DNA from: Azolla caroliniana
Lineage: Eukaryota > Plantae > Polypodiophyta
Assembly: GCA_043228905.1 (NCBI GenBank)
Contig: JBHGNT010000004.1
Span: forward strand, 10,044,001-10,108,000
DNA length: 64,000 bases
Direction of reading: 5' to 3'
The notes under the pieces are model-generated. The model was not told where the DNA came from and ran no database searches. It was given only the letters and a program-made list of their open reading frames with translations. A program made the translations under genes and the position numbers. Below, piece after piece: positions 24,091-36,181 of this stretch; positions within the stretch are counted from its first letter, which is position 1, and each line of letters starts with the position of its first letter.

Positions 24091-25226
24091 AGGGGAGACA
24101 ACGAGCATCGGCAACTTCGGCACATACCGGAGGATGTGCGGGTTCGGAGGGGGCGAGTGTCGTAGTGTATTTCGTACACTACGTGAAAAAGTAAAAATAA
24201 TATAACCGATTTAATTACATATAAATAAATAAAATAAGAATATTAAGATATTTATCACCAATAAATAAAATAAGAATATCAAGATATTTATCACGTGCAT
24301 AGGGTAGGATTCGAACCATGTACCTCCACGTAGCCAAACTTCAACTTTACCATTATGCTACCTTATCTTTAGTGTTCTATAAATAGATTTAATAACTATA
24401 AGTGCTTTATTTGCGCCTACCTTTATTAAAAGGTAAATCATGTATTTTTAGAGTGCGTGAATATTTTATAGAAAAACGCAAGCGACTAAAAAGTGACTCA
24501 TGCACATCTAGCGTGCATGAGCACTATATTTAGCAAATAAAAGCAAGGATTAGAAAAGCATCACATGCACATTTAGAGTGCATGAACATATTAGAAAAAA
24601 AGCATGTAGCTATGCTTAGTCTCTCCCATCACTACATAAGGATGGGGAGCACAATGTAATAGGTGTGAAAAATATTTGGGAAATTGGATATATTTCCTAA
24701 AACACCAATTAATATAATCGTGGGATTCACGAAAATAATATAATCTATACTTGTGGGATTCACAAGTTTCTTATATCTTTCTTTCAATCTAAATACATAT
24801 TCTTATCTAAATATTGATTAATCGAATACAATACACTCGTGGGATTCACGAAATTTCTATCTCTCTTTGTAATAATCTATTCATTACTAGCCTCATCTCA
24901 TATTCTTCTTTCTCCTAGTCCAAAACCTCGGCGGTTCCCACCCGACTCACGCAAACGATCCGGAGCCGAAAGGCACGACAACGCCACAACAAAACACATT
25001 AACCAAACGAAAGAATTGGCACATGCTCGAAGTAGCACGAGTCATGCTTAACGATAAGCACATGTCGAAGTCGTACTGGGCAGAAGCTGCCAACACAGCC
25101 GCCTACCTAATGAACCGGTGTACAACATCTGACGTGCATGAGGTTACCCCGCACGAGATGTTTTTCGGAAAGAATCTGGATATATCACATGTTCGGATTT
25201 TTGGCTCCATTGCATACCTGCACATC

Positions 25227-28200
25227 TGTTGGAGACAAGGCCGTCAATGCGGAAGATCAAGAAGCATTCGATTCGAGTTTTGTACCTGCGTATGACAGTT
25301 TCCAAGATCGTGCACAGAGAGAGAGAGAGAGAGAGGAGGCACAAAACGACTCTTTCTATTCCATAGAAACAATAATACAACCAACCTTACAAAAAGGTTA
25401 CAAGGTCACTTTATATAGTGACCGACTTAGGGCAACTACCATTTATGCTAATTACACAAATGGCCCAAACTTGATCTATACAAAGGGATAGTGTGAATAC
25501 GTCCATTATACACTTGTATTCGACACTCCCCCGTAATGGGCGTATACATGGGTTATCTAAGATTACAGGTATAAACCTAGGTTCTCGGACATATCAGTTT
25601 TGTTCGAGTCGGCAGGGTCCGAAGGCAGAAGACTGGACTGGTCGGGTCGGAAGAGTTGAAGCCGATCATTAGGGAACTGATGTCAGTTGTCTGAAACCAT
25701 CCTGCGCTGTGTCCGGCTCTAACCGGACTGGTTTGTCCTTACGCCCATCTGATGCCGAAGGGACTGAAAGCGGTCTGCCGAAAGACACTTGGTCATTCCA
25801 TCTGCGACATTGTCGGTTGTGGATATTTTCTCTAGACCGATTTTCCCTGAAATGACGCAGTCCCGAACGAAGTGATATCGAACGTCGATATGTTTGGAGG
25901 CGTTGTGGTGAACCGGATTTCTCGACAAGGCAACAGCACCTTGACTGTCGCTATAGACAACTGGAGCCGAGTCATGGTCGACTTGCCGAAACGTGTGCGC
26001 CAGCCGGCCGAGCCACAAAGCTTCTTTTGCAGCGTCGGACGCAGCTACATATTCTGCTTCGGTCGTTGAGGTCGCTGTGCACTCCTGAAGTTTCGACTTC
26101 CACGAAATTGCTCCATTGCCGAATTTGAAGCAGTATCCGGTTGTTGATTTCCGACTGTCTATACAGCCGGCGAAGTCCGAGTCGGTGTAACCGACTACGC
26201 CTGAGGTTGAGTTCGGACCGAAAAGAATGCCGTGGTCTTTTGTGCCAGCCAGATATTTGAACACATGCTTGACTGCGTTCCAATGCGATCGGCCAGGATT
26301 GTGCATAAATCTGCTAACGACTCCTACGGCATGAGAAATATCAGGCTGTGTCGCGACCATCAGGTACATAAGGGAGCCGACTGCCGGTGCATACGGTACC
26401 GACTTCATATCTTCCCCCTCCGGACCGGATGTCGGGCAGTCTCGCTGAGAGAGCCGAAGATTCATGGGGAGCGGGGTTGAAGCAGATTTGGCTGATTGCA
26501 TGTTGAAGCGTTCCAAGACACGTCCGATATAGTCGGTCTGAGACAAAAAAAGATGTCGTTTATCGCGATGCCGACTAATCTTCATGCCAAGTATGTGTCG
26601 TGCCGGACCGAGGTCCTTCATGGCAAACTTCAACTGCAGTTGCCGAATGAGATCGGCAAGTTCGCCCGCGTGGCGTCCAGAAATTAGCATGTCGTCCACG
26701 TAAATGATGAGGAAGATGGGTGATCCATCTTGAGCTGTGTTGGTAAAAAGACAATGGTCCTCATCGCTTTTTGAGAAGCCGATCGATTGGATGAAGTCGT
26801 CGAACTTCTTGTACCATTGTCGCGGTGCCTGTTTGAGGCCGTATAGACTCTTCCTGAGTCGGCAGACTAGATGTTCTTGGCCAGTTGCCACGAAGCCTTT
26901 TGGCTGCTCCATATAAATTTCCTCTTCAAGATCACCATGGAGGAAGGCTGTTTTGACATCTAGATGAATCAGCTCCAAGTTGTCGGCTGCCACTACGCTG
27001 AGTAGAAAACGAAGGGTTGTCATTTTCACCACTGGTGAAAAAATCTCATCGAAGTCGACGCCATATTCTTGTCGGAAGCCCTTTGCAACTAATCTGGCCT
27101 TGTACTTTGGGGTGGTCGAATCAGACGTCTCTTTTAGTCGATAAACCCACTTGCAAGGAAGAGCACGTCGATTCTTAGGTAATTCGACCAGATCCCAAGT
27201 CTTGTTTGCCCGAATGGAGTGCATTTCCGACTCCATCGCCAGATGCCAGGTGGCTGAATCGACAGATGTCGATGCTTCTTCGTAAGACGTCGGTTCGCCG
27301 GCGTCGGTGAAGAAAATTCCAGGAGAATACCTCTCCGGAGGTTGCAACAGTCTCTCGGATCGTCGAGGTATGATTGGACTGGTCGCATCGGGTATCGAGG
27401 TCGGATGGTCCGAAAGCGAATTATTCTGCTGTGCCGAGTCAGAGTTGTCCGAGTCGGTGGTGTAAGGTTCAGCTACCCGTGAAGCTGACCGTGTGTTAAG
27501 AGCGGGGCCTTCTTGAAGGGTCGGCACATCGGAAAATGTTACCCTTCGGACTTCGATCGGTTTTTCGACTGATGGATTCATAGCCGACTCGTTGAACACA
27601 ACGTCCGAACTTCGAACGATTTGTCTGCGTTCGGGGTCCTAGAGTCGGTATCCCATTTCGCCGTCTGATCCATATCCAAGGAAAATGCATTTCCTGGACC
27701 GAGGTACAAGTTTTCGGCGATCATCTTTCGGAATAAGGGCGTACGCCTCGCATCCGAAGATCCTCAGCTTGTCGTAATTCGGCTTACTGCCGATCCATAG
27801 TTCCTGAGGAATTTGAAGTCCTAGAGGTCTGCTTGGCGACATATTGATTATGTGTACTGCCGTGAGTAGAGCCTCTGCCCAGAAGCCATCCGACAGTCCA
27901 GAGTGTTGGAGCATGGAAACTATCCGTTCTTGGATTGTCCGATTCATTCGTTCTGCAATCCCGTTTTGCTCCGGACTGTGTGGTGCCGTAAATTCACGTC
28001 GGATGCCGCGTTGTCGGCAGAATTTGACGAATTCTTCTGATTTGAACTCTCCCCCATTGTCGATCCGAAAGTATTTCAGCTTTCGGTCAGTTTGATTTTC
28101 TACCATAGCGAGCCAATCGGAGAAGATCGAGAAGACACGATCTTTGGTGCGAATTGGATAAGCCCACACCTTTCGAGTCGAATCGTCAATAAAACTGACG

Positions 28201-30746
28201 AAGTAAGAGGCACCGCCGAGAGACTGATGCGGCATTGGGCCACAGACGTCCGAGTGGACTAAATCGAGAGGTCTCGTTTCTCTTGGTGCTGATGTCGGGT
28301 GTGATGCGGCTGCTTGTTTGCCATACTGGCAGTGTTCGCAGAATTGATGGTCCGAGAAGGAGAGTTTAGGGATGTATCCGGCTCTAGATAGATGCGTAAT
28401 GCCGGCCTTGCTGAGGTGTCCTAATCTTCTGTGCCATAGTGATGACACAGGAATATCCACCAAAAACAGGTTACCCTCTCTGAGCGTAACATGTAACGGA
28501 TACAGTGAGTGTATCTTGGGTCCTCTAGCAAGCAAGAGGTTCCCCCTGTGGAGTGTCCACCCTCCCGAAGAAAAACCGGCACGAATGCCGTCTTCATCTA
28601 GTTGTCCGACTGAGATCAATGGCCTTGAGAGCTCGAGTACATGTCGGACATTGTGAAGTACAAGTGTAGAGCCACCTGCAAGGTTGAGCTCTACTGTGCC
28701 GATTCCAATGATGTCACAGTGTTGCGAGTTGCCGACTCGAACTGAGTCGGAGTGACGGGTCGTATATTGCCGAAATTGGGATCGATGAGGAGTCACATGA
28801 AATGACGCGCTCGAATCTAAGAGCCATGTGCTCGATTCTTCAGTCGTGAGCAGAACTTCTGATCCGACTGGATTTTCGATTGATAGTATATTCGGGTCGT
28901 TTGGTAGCACATCAGCTGAGAAGCTGACGTAATTGATCTCCTCATGCCGGCCACTCTTCTTGTCTGATTTCTGAGACTTGTCGTTCTTGTTCTTGAGTGC
29001 GCGGCAGTCGGCTTTGATGTGTCCGGGTTTCTTGCAATAGTTGCAGATTCGATTATCCCGTGACTGGCTCCGTCTTCGCTGATTGTTCGGCTGCCGTGAG
29101 GAATCTCTTCCTCGTATGTTCGATCGGTTTGTCGAACCTTGTACTACATAAGCGTCGTCTGTTGAGTCTTTGGCGAAAGACTTTCTCCGAGCTGCTTCGG
29201 TCAGGATTGCGCTCGTGACTTCGGAGTATCTAACAGCCGTGGTTGACGCGTTGCACACGGTTGTGACGAAAGTTTCCCATGATGAGGGAAGGCTGCTCAT
29301 GAGTATCATTGCTCTGAGTTCATCCTCGATTGCCGTCCCCTGAGATGAGATTTGGGAGCTTATGCTTTCGTACTCATTGAGATGTGCTTGAACCGAATCT
29401 GATTCTTTCATCCGCAAGTTGTAGAGGCGCCGGATCAGAAACATCTTTGTTGCAGCGACCTTCTTTTCGTAAGTGTCCGACAGTGTTTTCCACAGTTCGA
29501 ATGCTGTCGTACACGATTGCACCGTAAAGTATACCGATTCCGATAGGTGCATCCGAATCGTGGCGCGGACGATTCTGTCCATCTTCTGCCACTCAATTGG
29601 TTTGTATCCTTCTGGAGGTTCTTCATTTTCGATGGGATCGATTTGCCCCTTGACTATGAGATAGTCCTGCATTTGCTCCTTCCAGAAGTTGAAGTTCGAT
29701 CCATCGAACTTTCGTAGACTCATTTCTGACGAGCCGGATGTTGATGCCATCAAATTTGGTTTCGGTTGACGAAGCTCGGTTCGGAGTTGACTACGAACCT
29801 TGTTGGAGTGCAGCCGGTTGGCTCACCCGATATCGTTCTAGTCGGATTTGGACCCGAGTCGGTTCGGCTTCGGATATATGTATTGTTGAACTTGCTCGAA
29901 TTGACTCCGGTAACTTGAGGGACAGAACCGACTGGTCTTCCCGAATGTTGCCGAGTCGGAGTGAGCCCGGTTCGTTTCCGAATATATATGCCAAATACCG
30001 ATTATTGAAACCGATTGTCTGGACCGATTCTGCTTCGGGTGACTGCAGCGACGAGAGAGACGGATCCAACTGATCCTCCCGAATGTCGATCAGCCGGATG
30101 AAGCACGAATTGGGGTTGTTGTCTTGAGACCGATCTGCACCGAGTGGTTACAATGAGCGGCGAGCAGCGTTTGATGACCTCTTCGGATGCCGTTTAACCG
30201 AGTGGAGCACGATCGTGTCAATGTTGCACAAGGGGATTTCACCTCGAGCGGTTACGATCACAAGGAACAGAGTACAACCTGCTGGCTTACTCCAAGCGAA
30301 GATGATCTAACGCGATGAGATGCAAGCCTCGTTTTTCTTCTTCTTCTCTCTTCTTCGAATGACGCAAGAAACCGAATGTTGTGCAGGCTGAGACGACGAC
30401 CGACAGCGGGTTGAAGGACCGAATACTGTGCAGGCTCTGATACCAGATGTTGGAGACAAGGCCGTCAATGCGGAAGATCAAGAAGCATTCGATTCGAGTT
30501 TTGTACCTGCGTATGACAGTTTCCAAGATCGTGCACAGAGAGAGAGAGAGAGAGAGGAGGCACAAAACGACTCTTTCTATTCCATAGAAACAATAATACA
30601 ACCAACCTTACAAAAAGGTTACAAGGTCACTATATATAGTGACCGACTTAGGGCAACTACCATTTATGCTAATTACACAAATGGCCCAAACTTGATCTAT
30701 ACAAAGGGATAGTGTGAATACGTCCATTATACACTTGTATTCGACA
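25227..30746 (-). mobile_element. Young Ty1/copia retrotransposon
   Basis: 299-bp LTRs 25227-25525 and 30448-30746 with one substitution seen; iMet PBS 30434-30445; PPT 25526-25532; TSD ACATC. Confidence 0.97.
25719..29750 (-). pseudogene. Copia polyprotein broken by a single in-frame stop
   Basis: ORFs 27639-29753 and 25719-27599 share a frame; GYRL*D has TAG where TGG (Trp) is expected; all domains present. Confidence 0.9.
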
Positions 30747-31903
30747 ACATCCCCAAGGGGTACGAGTGCTATAACCCCTCGACTTGGAAGGTTCATGTGA
30801 GTCGAGATGTAGTCTTCGACGAATCGACATAATGGTATGAATCCGAGCCGACTCCTCCCGAATATTTTTTAGTTGACCCGGAATCCGCCAAACAAGAGAT
30901 AGAAGATGGAGATCGGCTGGAACACATGTTCGAAGAAACTCTGATTACGACAAGGCTTAGTGGGCGACAAGAACCCCCGAGTGACCAAAGCACATCTCGA
31001 CCTTGTTTGAAGATGGACAAAGGCAAGGTGAAAATGTTGGAGTATGAAGACGATCAATTTGACGACAACGAATTGACTCACTCCCTCGACAATGAGTTCA
31101 GTGGCTTCGATGTACCTATCATGAGGACACCTGGTGTAAAGAAATCCATTGCCACGGCAAACGAAAAACTCTGCCGCTCCACCCGTGAGAAGAATCTTGT
31201 TAGCCAATTCGGCTACAACGATTATATGGCACACCACTATGCCTTTATGATGAAGGTGGTGACAGTTCTAGAACAAGAATGTTTTTCGGAAGTAATCAAG
31301 GATCCACGATGGGTTGAAGCAATGAACGAGGAGATGTAGGCACTATGGAAAAACGAGACATGGGATCTCGTTCCCCACTCACTGCACAATAAGGCACTAC
31401 AAAGCTCGACTCGTAGTGAAAGGATACGCACAAACACATGGAGTTGACTATGAAGAGACCTTTAACCCGGTGGCAAAGATGACTATTGTGCGAACCGTGA
31501 TTGCACTTGCAGTGGCGAAAGGGTGGCACCTCCATCAGATGGACGTCAAGAACGCCTTTCTTCAAGGTGAATTAGAAGGGGAGGTATACATGGTACAACC
31601 ACCCGGTTTCGAATCCAACATTCATCCGAAAGTCGTATGCCAACTCAAGAAGTCTCTCTATGGCCTTAAGCAAGCACCGCATGCTTGGCATTCGAAGATA
31701 ACACAATATCTTCATCAAATCGGCTTTCGAATGTCGAAATTCGACAACTCCCTCTACGTACGAAACGACTCTAGAAGCCTGATTGTCATCATCCTATACG
31801 TGGATGATCTAGTTATTGGAGGTGAGCATTTAGTCGACATCAACAAGGTGAAGTCCCTCCTCTCCAACAAATTCGAGATGACGGACATGAAGGAGTTGCA
31901 TTA

Positions 31904-32620
31904 TGTGAAGTCAATTTTTGCTCATAGGAAAAGACCGTGACAAATACATTAGATGCGAAGGTATAGAAGAATAAAGCACAATATGAATTTAGGTCCAACA
32001 GTTAAAAGATAAATGAAATTGAAAAGGAATAAAGTTAGAGGCGTTTTATAAAAGTAGAAAAAGCAGAAAAAATGAAAAAGAAGAAAAACGCAGGAAATTA
32101 AGCAAAAAAAGCAAGGTAGAGAAAAAAGCTCATAATTTCTTCATCTCTTATCCAAATTTCAAAAGAAAATATTCATAAGAAAGCTGACAAAGAGAGCTTT
32201 CTTGTATGAAAAAATTGGATGAAAACCCAGAAATAATTATAAGAGAAACGCACCACACAATCGAGGATATGTAAAAGAAAAGAAAAGAAAAAAGCAAGAA
32301 TAACGCAACTAAAAACCTATAAATATGCGGTATTCTTAGCAATATGGGGGATGGAGGAAGAATAGAATATCTACAAGGAAGGATAAAATATCTACAAGAA
32401 GAAGTGAAGAAGAAGAAGAAGATTAGAAGAAGTGGGAAGACGATTAGTAGAAGAAAGAGAGAAGGCAAAAAGACTATTTTAGTAATAGTATATTGAAGTA
32501 GTTATTTGGGGTTGTTCCTCTTGGTGTCTAAGAGGATTGTATTCTTTTCTTAATAGTATATTGGAGTATTCTTTTTTCTTCCTCTTCTCTTCTCTATCTT
32601 TTTTCTCTCTCTCTTCATTA
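31904..32620 (+). mobile_element. Solo LTR inserted in copia RT
   Basis: Starts TGTGAAG, degenerate end CTTCATTA, TSD CATTA; removal restores KELHYFLGIE. Confidence 0.7.
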
Positions 32621-32754
32621 CATTACTTCCTTGGCATCGAGGTAATTCGAACTCCGGCCGGCATTATGATCTCTCAACGGCACTACATCCTCAACTTGTT
32701 ATATAAGTTCGGCATGATTGAGTGCAAATATGTGGCAACCCCTCTCGATCGAAA

Positions 32755-35438
32755 TGTCAGAACCAAGAGAAGACTGGAAATTAAAGGTAGAGCATACCTA
32801 TTTCTTATTGTCACTTTATTTAATCCCTGATAATCCACGACCAAACGAAGTGAGTCGTCCTTTTTCTTCACGAAAAAGATAGGAGCACCAGCTGGAGACT
32901 TTGAATGTCGAATAAATCCACTTGCAAGATTCTCGTCAATGTATGCTCGAAGAACCTCAAGCTCCGTTGGTGACAAATTGTAGATCGGACCCCATGGTGG
33001 CTTTTTTCCTGGTTGTAGATCAATGGGACAATCGTATGGCCGATGCTTTGGAAGTACACTAGCTTTGACTTTGTCGAAGACATCAACATATTCTTGGTAC
33101 TTTTTAGGAATGTAGACCTCTGACTTCCCTTGAGTGTCACTAGAAGGTGCAACTAATATGGCAAAGAAGTTGAGTTCTTGGGTTATACCATTTCATCCAA
33201 AGGTATCTTCATGGATCCAACAAAAGTTCAAATAGTATTGGAATGACACTCCAAGTTCCGTTCGCTATGTCCAGTGTTTCCTTGGATTTGCCAACTTCTA
33301 CCGCAAATTCATATGGAATTATTCGAAGATTGTATTGCCGCTTACTCAACTGACCAAGAAAAATCAAGCATTTGTTTGGACTCCTGAAGCAGACAAAGCC
33401 TTTACTCAGTTGAAAGAGGCATTCACATCAACTCATGTCTTAGCTCATGTTGATCCAGAAAAGCCATTTATCATTGAGGCAGATGCATCCGACTTTGCAT
33501 TGGGGAGCATCCTATCACAACCAGGTGAAGATGGGCACTTACATCCAGTCGTGTTTCACTCAAGAAAGTTTAATGTTGCGGAGATCGACTACGAGGTGCA
33601 TGATAAAGAGTTACTAGTTGTGGTTGACTCTTTTGCGCAATGGCGACATTTCTTGGAAGGTTCGCCTCATTAAATCATCATTTATAGTGACCACAAAAAT
33701 CTTACATATTTTCAGACGGCTCGAGTGCTAAATAGGCAAAAAGCTCGGTGGGCGCAATTTTTAACTCATTTTGATTTCAAGATCATTTTCCGCCCAGGGA
33801 ACCAACAAGGGGAAGCAAATGCTCTATCTCAACGCTCATATTTGGCACTTCGCCCAGGAGATCCAACTTTCAATAATCAAAAGCAAGTTCTCCTTGGTCC
33901 AACAAAGCTACAAGCAACCACGGTTTGTGCCACGCCATTGGATTCAAGTCTTCTTGATACTATTCGACAACAACTTAACTCTGATGATTTTGCTAAGGAT
34001 GTCTTCACTCACGTTGGTCCAAATCATGCATTTTGCTCCACATTGCCAGCGACATCTCGACGCTATAAGGAGTTCAAGTGGCAAGATAACTTACTTTTCT
34101 ACAAGAATCTACTTTATGTCCCTGATGGATCGCCATGCCTTCGAGTATTGGAGCACTGTCATGATGCCCATATGGCCGGACACTTTGGTATTTTGCCAAG
34201 ACCATGGAGCTAGTGAAGCGATCATTTTGGTGGCCTCATTTACAACAATTTGTTGAAGATTATGTTCGCACATGTGACACATGTTGTCGAGCTAAAATGC
34301 CTAGGAATCATCCTTATGGGTTGTTACAACCATTGCCGACTCCGAGCAAGCCATGGCAGTCAATTACTATGGATTTCATTACAGATCTGCTACCTTCACA
34401 AGGTTTTGATGTTATTTTAACTGTAGTGGATTGGTTTACCAAGATGGCACATTTTCTACCCTGCGTAAAAAGTATCAGTAGTCAAGAAATAGCAGATATC
34501 ATTATGCGTGAAGTATTTCGCCATCATGGTCTTCCAAACGACATAATTAGTGATCGTGGACCGCAATTTATCTCTCACTTTTGGAAGCACCTATGTGACG
34601 GGCTCCGAATCTCTTGCAAACTCTCTTCAACATATCATCCCGAAACTGATGGCCAAACAAAGTGCACAAATCAAACACTTGAGCAGTATCTTCGATGTTT
34701 CATCAGTTATCAACAAGATGATTGGAGTCATATATTGCATCTTGCAGAGTTTGCATACAATAACACCATACACTCTTCTACCAAGGTCACACCTTTCTAT
34801 GCCTATACTGGCAACCATCCTCGATGGTGTCTCTTGGACATTCCAGTGATCTCACCAAACCCTAGTGCAGAGCAACACCTCCACCGACTACAACACCTTC
34901 AGTCTGAGTTGTCTTCACATCTTCAGAAAGCTCAAGCCCAACATAAGGCCCATGCTGATCGACATCGTCTTCCATCTCCATTCAAGGTTGGTGATCGGGT
35001 ATGGTTGTTACGTCGTCACATAAAGACTACTCAACCGTGTGATAAACTAGATTATAAACGCTTGGGTCCTTTTGTCATCATGAAGAGGATTAATGATGCA
35101 ACATTTCGCCTTGATCTTCCTGCAAGTTTGCGGCTTCATCTAGTCTTTCACAACTCTCTTTTGGAACCTTACCACACCAGCTCGATTCCCAATCGTGTCG
35201 TGCCGCCACCCCCTCCTCTCTAACTTGCTGATGGCCAGAGTATGAGGTAGCCTCCATTCTTGATTCAAAGATTGTGCGCAATAAGTTGTATTATCTAGTT
35301 GATTGGCTAGGCTATACTCCGAGTGATCACACATGGGAACCCGTCGATAATGTTTGTAATGCCCAAGCTCTTATTGACAACTTCCATCGTCGCTATCCCA
35401 ACAAACCCAGTCCTGCATTGGTAACAACTCCTTCCACT
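32755..35438. mobile_element. Rearranged chromovirus (Tcn1-like) pol fragment without LTRs
   Basis: 32755-~33168 minus strand: RT N-terminus ([14 protein letters not shown]). ~33169-35438 plus strand: RT end, RNase H (EADASDFA), integrase, chromodomain (YLVDWLGY...TWEP). Confidence 0.85.
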
Positions 35439-35451
35439 CCTAGTGCAACGT

Positions 35452-35565
35452 TGTCGCGTTGTTACGTGCGTGCATGTAAAACAGGCGAGACCACGGGGGT
35501 CTTGGACGAGGGAGAACGAGACGCCAAGAAAACCGAATTCGGACACGACCCGGAGGCAACCGAAC

Positions 35566-35601
<36 letters not shown>

Positions 35602-36181
35602 AGGGGGAAAGAGTCTGCGCGCGACACCGACTCTTATGCACGGGAAACAAGGGGATATGCTCCCGACACCACCAAATACACCAATATGCACAAATAGATA
35701 TGAGTATATATATTACAAGGGGAAAGATACAACCCCGGCTTCAAGCTAGACCAAGGTAGGGTAGGTTACAACAGCAGTTTGCTGCCAAGCCGCCGATTGG
35801 GAGCTCTCAGGCTCATCACGCCGAGCGGGGTCTTGCACAGGAGACCGAGCAGAAGCAAACCCTGAACATACACGAACTCTCCACACGCATGACGACGAAG
35901 AAGAAAAACTACCTAGATGAAACCCTAGAACGAAGTAAGAAAAAGGGAAACTGCCTAACCCTAAATCTAACGGTATACCCTCCTAACTCAAAATGGGCAA
36001 CCCCTTTACAAAGGGCGCTCCCTTCCTTTTATAGAACAAGGAGAGGGATGCGTAACAATTTGGGATAAATCCCCCTCTTTATTCTATACACCGTTTCCTA
36101 CTTTACACATGCACATGTTGCACACCACCGACTTGCCCATTCCACCCCGGTTTCACACTATAGCCGGAAATCTTCACGACA
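35452..36181 (-). mobile_element. Solo LTR of the Trp-primed gypsy group inside the copia 3' LTR
   Basis: TGTCGCG...CACGACA, perfect 4-bp TSD ACGT; minus-strand start matches the start of the 7620 LTR; the empty site is visible in the 5' LTR near 9986. Confidence 0.9.

Larger units (their letters stand above)
19067..24980 (+). mobile_element. Tandem non-autonomous LTR element: LTR-ORF-LTR-ORF-LTR (TR-GAG-like, gypsy-derived)
   Basis: LTRs 19067-19789, 21811-22393 and 24158-24980; tRNA-Trp PBS after LTR1 and LTR2; PPT before LTR2 and LTR3; flanks ACGT/ACGC; no pol. Confidence 0.92.

Noticed and set aside
27639-27641. Programmed stop read-through in the Copia
   Set aside because: The stop replaces a conserved Trp inside the integrase region; a simple G-to-A mutation is more parsimonious.
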